From positions 230,074 to 294,073 of the forward strand of contig CAVRAA010000013.1 in the NCBI GenBank assembly GCA_963718855.1: a stretch of DNA of 64,000 bases, given 5' to 3'. The DNA is from an uncultured Nitrospiraceae bacterium (GTDB lineage Bacteria; Nitrospirota; Thermodesulfovibrionia; Thermodesulfovibrionales; SM23-35). Every line of letters starts with the position of its first letter. Positions within the stretch are counted from its first letter, which is position 1. A program made the translations under genes and the position numbers. Positions 1 to 9,060 of the stretch are shown in pieces. The notes below the pieces were generated by a model. It was not told the DNA's origin. It searched no databases and saw nothing but the letters and a program-made list of their open reading frames with translations.

Positions 1-40
1 CCAGAATGGAAATGCCAATTTCAGGAAGAATTCCGTGCAT
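1..40 (-). CDS. 5' end of an unidentified CDS running off the window (MHGILPEIGISIL...)
   Basis: ATG at 40-38 preceded by an AAAAGGGGA SD-like run. Only 13 codons are visible, so the gene cannot be identified. Confidence 0.25.
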   Translation of the reverse strand, partial: MHGILPEIGISIL

Positions 41-126
41 AAGATTCCCCTTTTCTTGGGCCAGCGATGAGAAAAAACTTATTCATACAGCGTTCGGGCA
101 TAAACACAAGTATCCTTATGCCTGCC

Positions 127-555
127 TTATTTAATGTAATAGCCGGACACCCGCCATTTGCCATCCTTCTCGAGCATAGGGGTGACAGTCTCGATTGACG
201 ATTTCTTCTTCTCGAAAGAGGTCTCATACTGTATGACCAAATATTCACCATCCGGCGCTCCGGGCAAACTCGTGGCATACTGTTTTGATTTGACACTCCT
301 TTTTAAAACTTTTCCAAGCGGCTTTCGCACTGCATTCAATGATTGACTCCACTGTTCCTTGCTGATAGCGTTCCTGAAGAGTTCTGCAGCCGTTTCCCAG
401 CTCTCTGAATATCGGTCGTTATCGCTTAATTTCAGCCACATATCAGAGGCTTCGAGCGCTCTTTTTTCAGCCGCTTCATCAGCAAACGCCGGCAACCAGT
501 TTAAAAGAATCAAGCTTACACATGTTATTGCGAATAAAAATTTTCTGCTACTCAT
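127..555 (-). CDS. DUF4019-like secreted protein
   Basis: 142-aa ORF with an N-terminal signal peptide (…LLNWLPAFA/DE). The pattern W..L..ndrY.eSWe.aa.lFr...s.eqW...l...R.plG and the ending DGKWRVSGYYIK are as I recall for DUF4019. Confidence 0.6.
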   Translation of the reverse strand: MSSRKFLFAITCVSLILLNWLPAFADEAAEKRALEASDMWLKLSDNDRYSESWETAAELFRNAISKEQWSQSLNAVRKPLGKVLKRSVKSKQYATSLPGAPDGEYLVIQYETSFEKKKSSIETVTPMLEKDGKWRVSGYYIK

Positions 556-651
556 TGATAGTGCCTCCTTTGTCAGCTTACATTACTAATGACTCTCATC
601 AAATGCCCGTCATTCCCGCGGAAGTTCATACATAAGGAATCATTTTTAAAA

Positions 652-728
652 AATCTCCCCTTACCCCCTCTTTACCAAAGAGGGGCATTACTCCTCCCTT
701 TGGCAAAGGGAGGTTAGGAGGGATTTGA
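652..728. repeat. Repeat family B copy 1 (double hairpin CCCCTCTTT..AAAGAGGGG / CCTCCCTTTGGCAAAGGGAGG)
   Basis: Near-identical copies at 8986-9060 and, inverted, at 52177-52250. A half unit lies at 3511-3543. Confidence 0.85.
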
Positions 729-734
729 AAATAG

Positions 735-948
735 CGGACACTTTGGAATGGCGCTAATTTAAGCGCTTATTCCAAACCACTCATAATCAGAGCCTAATGT
801 TTGTCATTCCACGGCTTGACCGGGGAATCCAGGCTTAAGGCCCGTGGATGCCCCGATCAAGTCGGAGCATGACAGAATCATTTGTCAACATTTTTAAATG
901 CTTTCTCTTGTAAATAACCCTTAAATTAGCGCCATTCCGGACACTTTG
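735..948. mobile_element. MITE-like non-autonomous element with target-site duplication
   Basis: 11-bp direct repeat CGGACACTTTG at 735-745 and 938-948. 18-bp perfect terminal inverted repeats GAATGGCGCTAATTTAAG (746-763) and CTTAAATTAGCGCCATTC (920-937). The 192-bp body has no ORF and contains a family A palindrome. Confidence 0.6.
803..872. repeat. Repeat family A copy 1 (about 70-bp palindrome GTCATTCC..CTTGACCGGGGAATCCAGG...CTGGAT..CCCGATCAAG..ATGAC)
   Basis: Related copies at 35314-35420 and 42309-42374. Confidence 0.8.
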
Positions 949-949
949 T

Positions 950-1800
950 CTAATAGAATTCTTTCAGAGTCGTCTCTAATTTCGATTTCTCGAATGTCTG
1001 TTTCACCAGCGGGGCATTTTTAATCACGGGAATTCTTTCCTCCAACACAGGGCGGTTATTTTTATAAATGATCCCGAGGGGAATGCGGTCTCCCCATTCA
1101 AGCGCCCTGTTGAAGGCCTCGATTCTGTCATCAGGATCATATTCAGGTTCCATGTGATAGGCCCGCTGTTTATACCATTCATAGGTATTAATCTTATTGA
1201 AGGTCACACAGGGCTGAAGGATATCGAGAAGCGAAAAACCTTTATGGAGTATTGCGGCTTTCATGAGGTCCTTAAGATGGACCGGATCTCCGGCAAAACC
1301 CCTCGCAACAAAACTGCAGTCAAGGGCGATTGCCAAAGCCATAGGATTCAGTTGTTCAGAAAAAACGCCGAAGGGCTGATTCTTTGCAACCGTTCCTTCC
1401 ACGTTGTAGGAGAAGGCTGCCCTTTTGTGAGTCCGTAGATCTGATTATCATGCACAAACAGTTTAAGTCCGATATTTCTTCTCATCGCATGAATAAGGTG
1501 ATTCCCACCTTCACCGTAGCAGTCGCCGTCTCCTGCAACGGCAATAACAAGCATCTCGTGATTGGCAAGCCTAATGCCTGTGGCCACAGGGAGAGACCTT
1601 CCATGGAGCCCGTTGAAGGTATTGCATTTCAGATAGTGCGGGAATTTGCCGGACTGTCCTATGCCGGACACAATAGTAAACTGATGGGGTTCTATCCCCA
1701 GTTCAACGACGGCATCTTTAAAGGCCTTCAGGATGCCAAAATTCCCGCATCCCGGGCACCATGCAGGCGTTTGTCCTTTATAATCTTCCAATGTAGGCAT
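950..1800 (-). pseudogene. korB: 2-oxoacid:ferredoxin oxidoreductase beta subunit (TPP-binding), one frameshift
   Basis: Two ORFs (1348-1800 and 950-1402) together give a full KorB-like protein (…CPGCGNFGIL…GDGDCYGEGGNH…YGLTKGQPSPTT // GTVAKNQPFGV…LDILQPCVTFNK). The frame change is near 1395-1402. Confidence 0.85.
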
Positions 1801-3495
1801 CTAATTCTCCAAGAAGACCCTCCACGGTGAACGGTCTTCCATCAAATCGATTGATTTTTGCCTGAATTCATACCCTGTCTCTGCTCTCATAAGATGCGCA
1901 AACTGTCCTGTTGCATTGTTTTCGATGCAGAGGCAAATTTTCGCGTTCTTTAATACTGTCAGATAATCGAACCCCTCAATCGACGGAAACGGATAAATCT
2001 CACTGAAATGCAGCATTGCAATGCTTCTGCTTTTTGAAAGGAGTCCACCACCTCTTTCATAACCCCGTATGTGGAGCCCCATCCTACCATTACGATTTCC
2101 GGCTCTCTGTTTCCGTATAACAACGGAGACGCAATCTCTTTTCTTATTAACGGCATTTTTTTCAAAAACCTTTTTTGCACCATCTTTATTCTCGTTTCAG
2201 CATCTTCGATGATATGGCCTTCTTCATCATGCTCATCGCTGTCTGCTACAACTAAATGTTTTGCATCTCCCGGAACCCCAATCGGCGATACGCCGGTATC
2301 GGTAAAGGCATACCGTTTGTATTCTGTGAGATTCCTGAACTCATCACCCCTCAGCCGTAATCGTTCAGAACAATCCTGTTCAGATCGAATTGTTCCGATG
2401 TCCATACGGAATCTGCGAGGTACTGGTCAAAGATAACAAAGGCTGGAATCTGATATTTCTCTGCCATATCAAATGCCTTATTGGTAAGATAAAAGGCCTG
2501 CTCCGGCGTGCCAGGCGCAAAAATAACCCGTGGGAATTCTCCATGCGCTGCATGGAGGGCAAATAACAGATCGCCCTGTTCTGTTCTTGTCGGCAGACCC
2601 GTAGCAGGGGCTGGTCTCTGCCCGAGGCGATCACAATCGGCGTTTCCGTCATCGCTGCCAGAGACAGCCTTCCACCATCAATGCAAAACCTCCTCCTGCT
2701 GTGCCGGTCATTGCCCTCACACCGGCAAACGATGCACCCAAAGCCATATTGATCGCAGCGATTTCGTCTTCTGCCTGCTCTACGATGATGCCGTATTCCT
2801 TTTCTTTCCCGGCGATATAATTCATGATACCTGTTGAGGGTGTCATCGGATATGCTGAATAAAATTTACATCCGGATGCAATGGCCCCAAGCGCAATAGC
2901 TTCAATCCCTGCAATAAGCATTTTGGCGCTGACAGAGAAGAGGGGATAAACGAGCATTGCGGGCAGTTCTTCACTGCGAATTCATGTCCGGCCTGTGCAG
3001 CTTTGATATTCGCATTGATGACCTCATCTCCCTTTTTCTTAAAGGTATCGGTGAGAATTCCGTCAAGGACGTTCAGATCCATTCTCAGCATGCCCAGCAC
3101 CGCGCCCGTAGCTACGGTATTTGCCATAATCTTATTCCCTCCATGCTCCACCGCCAGCTTCTCAAAAGGGATATCGAGGAAATTCTGCTTTTCGTGTTGC
3201 TCCTTCAATGTCGAAGAGTCATAGATTATCAGCCCTCCTTCGAAAGTTCATTCTCATGGAGGGCGATGCTCTCCTTATCAAGGGCGACGATAATATCAAT
3301 TCCGTCCCTGGAAGCCATGATAGGTTTGTCGGAAAAGCGGATCTGGAAAAAATTGTGGCCGCCTCTTATGCGGGATTCATAATCCTGATGGGTGAAGACG
3401 TGATATCCGGACCTCGAAAAAATCCGTGAGAGGGTATCACCAATGGTCTGGATGCCCTGTCCGGCCTCACCGCCTATTTTGATTGAATAGTCCAT
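1801..3495 (-). pseudogene. korA: 2-oxoacid:ferredoxin oxidoreductase alpha subunit (gamma-alpha fused type), at least five frameshifts
   Basis: Conserved KorA sequence is spread over ORFs 3229-3495, 2843-3208, 2649-2957, 2380-2652, 1959-2405 and 1801-2082, plus an untracked frame I translated (QRPAPATGLPTRTEQGDLLFALHAAHGEFPRVIFAPGTPEQAFYL…). Junctions lie near 3230, 2965, 2625, 2405, 2075 and 1850. Confidence 0.85.
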
Positions 3496-3555
3496 GTGAA
3501 CAACCCCCTTAATCCCCCTTTTCTAAGAGGGGAAAGGGGGAATATACTAATAAAT

Positions 3556-4026
3556 TTAACTACACAAAGCTTTTCTTAAATTAGTGAGCCAAACGATATG
3601 GCTTTTCTCTTCCTTGATAATAGAATCGATAATCTCTTTCTCCTTTAATGCTTCCCTCAGCGTGTAATAGTAGAGCAGCGTCTCCCTCTCAAAACAGAGC
3701 GCAAAATCGATAGCCTCTGCCGCAGTCTTCACATGTTCGAGGGAAGGCAGGCACTTGTCCTTGCCGAGGAAGAATTCCGAATCGACAATCGCCTTGAGAT
3801 AGAGGGTGACCTCTTCCCATCCCTCGGGTTCTTCCTCCATCAGTTTAGTTTTGAGAGCGGCAAAGCTCGCGCCATGTTTTGTCTCATGTGATGCGAGCAA
3901 TCCGAAGAGTTTCTTTAATTCATTGTGATCCTGAAACTTCTGTGCCATCTTTGTATAGAATTCATTTCCGAGTTTCTCCGTCTGGATCGCCTGTTCAACT
4001 ACCTCTCTTACCGAAAAACTGACCAT
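3556..4026 (-). CDS. ferritin-like / rubrerythrin-family diiron-domain protein
   Basis: 156 aa, all-helical. Paired E..H-type motifs (…ASHETKHG…, …EEKSHIVWL…) resemble the ferritin-like superfamily. Confidence 0.6.
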   Translation of the reverse strand: MVSFSVREVVEQAIQTEKLGNEFYTKMAQKFQDHNELKKLFGLLASHETKHGASFAALKTKLMEEEPEGWEEVTLYLKAIVDSEFFLGKDKCLPSLEHVKTAAEAIDFALCFERETLLYYYTLREALKEKEIIDSIIKEEKSHIVWLTNLRKALCS

Positions 4027-4061
4027 AATCCCTCCCTCATACGTCTTTCGTTTATTAAAGT

Positions 4062-5489
4062 TTAGATGATATTTTTTATATCGTCAATATGAATAACTTT
4101 TCTGTCGAGGAGGCGGCCCAGAAGAGTGAACCCTCCGCATGGCGAGCGGCTGGTACCTGTTACAAAATCACAGTCATTTTCAAAAAAAGGACACGCCGTA
4201 CAGAGCACCTCTAAAAGCATTCCTTTGGTTCGTTCCTCAAATCCTTTATCCTGCGTATCGAATGAAATCGCCCATCCCTTCCCGATGAGCCTTTCGATGA
4301 CGGTAAAGCCGAGACAGGCAAGTTCCTCATCTTTTGAGGGTTTATAATACGGGCAGAAGTTCCGGCAGAGCTCTTCGCGTATTGTAGTCACATCTAACCT
4401 CGCCTGCGCCTTCATTTTCCAAACTCTATCATCGGAGGGCAGTGCCCCGACGATATGCTCCAGGGAGAGACTGAGTCCGGTCAGCACCTCTCCGATTTCG
4501 TCATGCAGTTCCTGCGCGATGTAACGGCGCTCGGATTCCTGCACTTCCAATAAACGGGCAGAGAGTGCCTGCAGACGTTCCGCATATTGCACCATCGCCT
4601 CTTCGGTCTTCTTGCGCTCGGTGATATCGATAAAGGATGCCTCAATACAAAGAGGGATGCCGTTCGCATCCGAAACCACATTTGCGCTGAACTGGGCATC
4701 GAACGTCGAGCCGTCCTCTCTCCTTCCGACCATTGCCCCCATGCACCAGCCCCTCGCCGACAGATCTTCCATAACCTTGCCTGCTTTTCCCCTGTCCTGC
4801 CAGCAGAACATTATCGGTTTATTCAAAATGTCGCGCTCGGTATCGTATCCCCAAAGCTGAAGAAATGCGTTATTGACATAGGTCAGCGTTCCTTCGAGAT
4901 CTGCAAACGCAATTGCATTGATTGACGATGCGATAGCGATCCCCTTTATCCTCAGATCTTCTTCAATGTGCTTGCGTTCAATGATCTCGCTTTCAAGTTC
5001 ATTGACGACCGCTTCGAGCTGCATGGTTCGATCGACGACACGGCGTTCAAGTTCTTCATTCAGTATCCGGTATTGTTCCTTGCTTTTCCGAAGGGCTATC
5101 TCTGCATCCTTGAGCCGGATCATTGCTTTCACGCGCGCCAGAAGTTCTCTGCCTGAAATCGGGCGGATTAGATATTCATCCGCTCCCAAATCCAGGCCGT
5201 ACACCTTACTCTCAGAGGAAATTTCGACACCGGAGATCAGTATCACATACGTGTTCGCCAGGAGAGGGTCTGCCTTGATCTGTTTACAAACGTCAAATCC
5301 GTTCGTATCGGGAAGGTTTACATCCAGCAGAATTACATCCGGCAGCATTTCCCTTGCCATGCTGATGCATTCGTTACCGGTGCCCGCTTCAATGACTTCA
5401 AGCCCTGAGGATTGAAGAATGCTTGAATTGATATTGAGAAGATCGGGGTCATCGTCTACGACGAGAATTCTTGCTTTCGAGTTCATCAT
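4062..5489 (-). CDS. response-regulator receiver / coiled coil / PAS / HisKA_3 protein with a Cys-rich C-terminus instead of a recognisable ATPase domain
   Basis: REC domain (ILVVDDDPD…DVILLDVNLPDTNGF…K). PAS region (…GTLTYVNNAFLQLWGY…). HisKA_3 H-box (ERRYIAQELHDEIGEVLTGL). The last 101 residues have 7 Cys and no N/G1/G2 boxes that I can see. Confidence 0.7.
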   Translation of the reverse strand: MMNSKARILVVDDDPDLLNINSSILQSSGLEVIEAGTGNECISMAREMLPDVILLDVNLPDTNGFDVCKQIKADPLLANTYVILISGVEISSESKVYGLDLGADEYLIRPISGRELLARVKAMIRLKDAEIALRKSKEQYRILNEELERRVVDRTMQLEAVVNELESEIIERKHIEEDLRIKGIAIASSINAIAFADLEGTLTYVNNAFLQLWGYDTERDILNKPIMFCWQDRGKAGKVMEDLSARGWCMGAMVGRREDGSTFDAQFSANVVSDANGIPLCIEASFIDITERKKTEEAMVQYAERLQALSARLLEVQESERRYIAQELHDEIGEVLTGLSLSLEHIVGALPSDDRVWKMKAQARLDVTTIREELCRNFCPYYKPSKDEELACLGFTVIERLIGKGWAISFDTQDKGFEERTKGMLLEVLCTACPFFENDCDFVTGTSRSPCGGFTLLGRLLDRKVIHIDDIKNII

Positions 5490-5599
5490 AGAATCTCCGT
5501 TTTTCGAGACCGGCGTCGTTCAGCGCCTTCCTTAGGTTGTGTCACATATTATCAGAAAAGGTCTCTTTTTATCCTTTAGTAAAAACACTTATATTTTAT

Positions 5600-5617
5600 A
5601 TCAGTAGTTCTACTGAT
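5600..5617. promoter_or_regulatory. 18-bp perfect palindrome ATCAGTAGTTCTACTGAT in a divergent intergenic region
   Basis: Lies between the divergently transcribed sensor gene (start 5489) and the rSAM gene (start 5687). Candidate operator with no known motif assignment. Confidence 0.3.
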
Positions 5618-5686
5618 AATCAGCAAAAGCACCGTCCTGCGGTTCGGCGTTGGGACGCTCGTCTTTTTTTTGTTGTATCATAGGGC

Positions 5687-6820
5687 ATGAGGTATTTTCT
5701 TTCTCACGATGCCGTGCTTAAATGGCTTGAAACACCTTCTGTTTACCATATTGCACGGGATGACCTCTATGAACTCGATCAAGAATCCTTTACGCTGCTC
5801 AGAAAGTGTGCCTCTCAAACCGGGGGTACGATTAGCGATCATGATTTCCTGGATTATTGCCTGAGGGAAGGCATCCTTATAACTGACACGGCTTCAGCAA
5901 AGCACCCTCCCCTGACAGAATCTCCTGTTCCCTCGCTCCGGTATCTTGAGCTTCAGATCACAGATCGCTGCAATCTCAGGTGTAAACACTGCTTTATTGA
6001 GGAAGGTTCCTCGGAGCTTTCAATACATCACATAAGGGATATCCTGCAGGAATTCGAGAAAATGCAGGGGTTAAGGGTTCTCATCACCGGCGGGGAACCC
6101 CTTCTTCACAGCAGGTTGAGGGAACTATGCGACATGCTTCCTGATTTTTCCGTCCGGAAGATCCTCCTTACGAACGGCATTCTCCTCAGCAGTACCATAC
6201 TGAAAACCCTTAGCGTTCATGAAATTCAGATAAGCATCGACGGCCTGGAAAGAGCCCATGATTCCCTCAGGGGCAAAGGCGCCTACAAATCCGCGATCAG
6301 GGGATTGCACGCTGCCCTTGATGCCGGATTCGAGGTATCTGTCTCTACCATGATTCATCCCGGCAATCTCGGAGATTTCGATGCAATGGAGAAATTATTC
6401 AAGACCATAAAAATAAAGGACTGGACTGTCGACATCCCCTGTGTTGCCGGGCGTTTGAAGCAGAACGATGCATTTCAGATAAGCCCGGAGAGCGGGGGCA
6501 ACTTTCTCCGGTACGGTTTTGGAGGAGGAATGCATGCCGGTTCAGCAGGGTATGCGTGCGGTTCTCATCTCATGGCGGTAACGGCGGACGGCAGAGCCGC
6601 CAAATGCACCTTCTTTTCCGAAAATCCCGTTGGAAGGATTGATGAAGGACTGAGAACCTGCTGGCAGAGGATCAGGCACGTCAGACTCGATGAGCTGAAA
6701 TGCGACTGCAGCTCTATCGAATCCTGCAGAGGCGGATGCAGATACCGGGCTCTGCTGTTCGGCGATCAACTGGGCAGGGATTTTTACCGTTGCCATTCGT
6801 ATGATATAATGGAAAAGTGA
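5687..6820 (+). CDS. radical SAM/SPASM-domain enzyme with a PqqD/RRE-like N-terminal domain (peptide maturase-like)
   Basis: CNLRCKHC CxxxCxxC motif. C-terminal Cys cluster (…AKCTFF…CDCSSIESCRGGCRYRA) typical of SPASM. The N-terminal ~85 aa resemble a winged-helix RRE. Confidence 0.75.
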   Translation: MRYFLSHDAVLKWLETPSVYHIARDDLYELDQESFTLLRKCASQTGGTISDHDFLDYCLREGILITDTASAKHPPLTESPVPSLRYLELQITDRCNLRCKHCFIEEGSSELSIHHIRDILQEFEKMQGLRVLITGGEPLLHSRLRELCDMLPDFSVRKILLTNGILLSSTILKTLSVHEIQISIDGLERAHDSLRGKGAYKSAIRGLHAALDAGFEVSVSTMIHPGNLGDFDAMEKLFKTIKIKDWTVDIPCVAGRLKQNDAFQISPESGGNFLRYGFGGGMHAGSAGYACGSHLMAVTADGRAAKCTFFSENPVGRIDEGLRTCWQRIRHVRLDELKCDCSSIESCRGGCRYRALLFGDQLGRDFYRCHSYDIMEK

Positions 6821-6867
6821 AGATCGGGTATGAAGCCCGGGTTCCTCTACGAAAGGGGGTGTCTGTC

Positions 6868-6930
6868 ATGAAGATAAAAAAGGTGCTGAAAAGAGTCTCA
6901 TTGACGTGCAAGTGCAAAAGTTCCTGCTGA
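6868..6930 (+). CDS. unannotated 20-codon ORF MKIKKVLKRVSLTCKCKSSC (candidate precursor peptide)
   Basis: AAGGGGG lies 8 nt upstream of the ATG. The ORF starts 47 nt after the rSAM stop and lies before the terminator at 6964-6998. Three Cys in the last seven residues. Such a short ORF could occur by chance. Confidence 0.3.
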   Translation: MKIKKVLKRVSLTCKCKSSC

Positions 6931-6963
6931 TAACGCGGGAGGATTGCATGCAATAACGCAGCA

Positions 6964-6998
6964 GAAAAAAAGGCTGGTTTAAAACCCAGCCTTTTTTC
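6964..6998. terminator. bidirectional Rho-independent terminator
   Basis: AAAAAAAGGCTGG-TTTAAAAC-CCAGCCTTTTTT: a GC stem flanked by an A-run and a T-run, between convergent genes. Confidence 0.75.
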
Positions 6999-7007
6999 AT
7001 AATACTT

Positions 7008-7193
7008 TTATTCCATGGTTATGGCCTGCACAGGACATGTATCCGCAGCTTCCTGGCAATTGCAGGTACTGCATTTGTCAGGGCCTATGACATGGGCTTT
7101 TCCATCGTCTTCAACCTTAAAAACCTCCGGACACATTTCTTCACACGTGCCGCACCCTTCACATGCATCCATATCAACTACTGGTTTTGCCAT
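7008..7193 (-). CDS. small 4Fe-4S ferredoxin
   Basis: 61 aa with CEGCGTCEEMCP and CSTCNCQEAADTCP cluster motifs. Confidence 0.85.
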   Translation of the reverse strand: MAKPVVDMDACEGCGTCEEMCPEVFKVEDDGKAHVIGPDKCSTCNCQEAADTCPVQAITME

Positions 7194-7288
7194 ACTCTTT
7201 CCTCCTTACTGTTGAAAAGTTTGATGAACCTTCATCTCTATCCAAAATTGCCATAGAGAGAAGTGCGCTCTCATTCCCAATGAAAACG

Positions 7289-7543
7289 TTACGTCCTGAT
7301 CTCAAAATTCTTAATAAACTGTCCTACCTGAACACCAAGATACACGCATTTTACATTCTCCATGCAATCGTCTGCGTCCTTCTTTTCGAGGTGCGTGGTG
7401 AGTTCCTTATTGTCTCTCCTGAACTTGACGACATAGGCGTTCTTTGCTTCATCAAACTCGAGAGTTACAACAATGCCGTTTTTTGAAATCTCGGGATACA
7501 TTTCAAGTATCTTGTCCTGTAAAGCAACCTTTGTATAACCCAT
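7289..7543 (-). CDS. conserved-looking small hypothetical protein (84 aa)
   Basis: Clean ORF co-oriented with the ferredoxin. No family recognised. Confidence 0.45.
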   Translation of the reverse strand: MGYTKVALQDKILEMYPEISKNGIVVTLEFDEAKNAYVVKFRRDNKELTTHLEKKDADDCMENVKCVYLGVQVGQFIKNFEIRT

Positions 7544-7696
7544 ATATCCTCCTTTTTCAGATCACGTCAGATGATGGCGTTGCGTTTATGCCTATATACG
7601 CAGGCTATCACCTCAGCAATCCGCCGGGGCGGAAAGCCTGCGGCTACATTGCTCTGTTCCCTTGCCCTAAGCCCGTTGCCGTTAATCCCCGTGGGT

Positions 7697-8182
7697 TCAG
7701 CCCTCGACGATGCTATGCTCGTCCCACATAAACCAGTTGCCGGTATCGGACATAAAAGAATACGTATTGGCAAAGACATCGTAATGCTGCTGCTCTTCCT
7801 TGACGAGCCTCATGAAGAGGGCCCTCTCTTTTTCCGTCGGTGCCTCTGCTTCCGCCTTCTTGTAAAACTCCACCCCCTCTTTTTCCATCTGCATCGCTAT
7901 CCGGAATGCGTCGATTTCATCCTTTGTTGCCGCAACCTGTTGCATCATGGCGTCTTTCATCGTCTTAAAAATTGTCTGTATGTTCCCCATCGGGCTCACA
8001 TTTTCGGGAGTAATGCCGATGTCTTTGAAGATTGCCGACAGCATCTTGAGATGTCTCTTTTCATCTTCTGTGATACTCAAAAACATCTTTTTCCCAACAG
8101 GATGCTTCGTTTTTCCGGCCGCCTCCGTGTAAAAATCGATTGCATCTTTTTCCATTTTTATCGCCACTTCAATAGCGTTCAT
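7697..8182 (-). CDS. ferritin-like / rubrerythrin-family diiron-domain protein
   Basis: 161 aa. Duplicated helix pairs with E…ExxH motifs (MEKDAIDFY…EDEKRHL; MEKEGVEFY…EEQQHY). Confidence 0.7.
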   Translation of the reverse strand: MNAIEVAIKMEKDAIDFYTEAAGKTKHPVGKKMFLSITEDEKRHLKMLSAIFKDIGITPENVSPMGNIQTIFKTMKDAMMQQVAATKDEIDAFRIAMQMEKEGVEFYKKAEAEAPTEKERALFMRLVKEEQQHYDVFANTYSFMSDTGNWFMWDEHSIVEG

Positions 8183-8269
8183 GTAATCCTCCGTACATCA
8201 GTATTCTTTTTATCAGTTTAATATTTTTAAGAAAGATAATCAATCGCCGGCATCAAATCAATCCCATTC

Positions 8270-8895
8270 TCATTCAAATCTCACAAATTCTTCAATCTCC
8301 CTCCGGAATGCTCGCGGGAGAAGGGTAATACCCGTCTTTAATTTTCCGACAGCAATAAGCATCGGGATAATTTTATCATCCGGTATGGCAAATTCCTTTT
8401 TTATGCATTCTTCGTCAAATCCGTCCATCGGGTGCGTTTCAAGACCAAGGCCCTTGGCAGCAAGCATCAGGTTCATCGCAAAAAGCGCCGGTATTCTTCG
8501 GCTGCAAAGACTTTCCGCCTGAGGCTCTCTTTGGTACCGTAGAGGTCTTTGGCCATGCCGATATAGGTATCCCTCATTTCCGGAGCAATAAAGCCCAGTT
8601 CCTGCCAGCTGTCGAGTACCCGGTCAAGATTTTCTTCCACTCCATTCGGGTCTGCGATCATAATGAAAACTGCTGATGCCTCTTCTACTTTCGGTTGATT
8701 AAACGCGCATCTCCGCAAAACCTTCTTCCTTTCGTTATCTCTCACTACGATAAGCCTCCATGGCTGGAGATTAAACGAGGAAGGGGACAGATTTGCAATC
8801 CGGATAATCTCCTGCAACGTATCAACAGAAAGCGAAACCCCTGCTTCAAAAAAATTGATGGAACGCCGTTCCCGTATCGCCTGTATCACATCCAT
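8270..8895 (-). pseudogene. nitroreductase-family protein, one frameshift
   Basis: 8473-8895 (…RRSINFF…SPSSFNLQPWRLIVV…) and 8270-8476 (MNLMLAAKGLGLETHPMDGFD…) together make one nitroreductase fold. The frame change is near 8480-8500. Confidence 0.8.
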
Positions 8896-8985
8896 GGGGC
8901 TACTCCTTTTGACGATTTGCTGTCCGAAGCCTATAGGGCTCTTATTTTTTCTAAGAAAAACATACGTAAGATATCATTATTGAAA

Positions 8986-9060
8986 AATCTCCCCTAACCC
9001 CTCTTTATTAAAGAGGAGACATTATTCCTCCCTTTGGCAAAGGGAGGTTAGGAGGGATTT
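8986..9060. repeat. Repeat family B copy 2
   Basis: Aligns with 652-728. Confidence 0.85.

Noticed and set aside
21-296. 91-aa minus-strand ORF, plus 158-346 and 359-589 plus-strand ORFs at the window start
   Set aside because: They overlap the better-supported DUF4019-like CDS (127-555) in other frames. Arg/Ser-rich composition and no motifs.
7571-8221. 216-aa plus-strand ORF overlapping the ferritin-like gene
   Set aside because: Antisense to a clean ferritin-like CDS with conserved diiron motifs. Its composition is implausible for a real protein.
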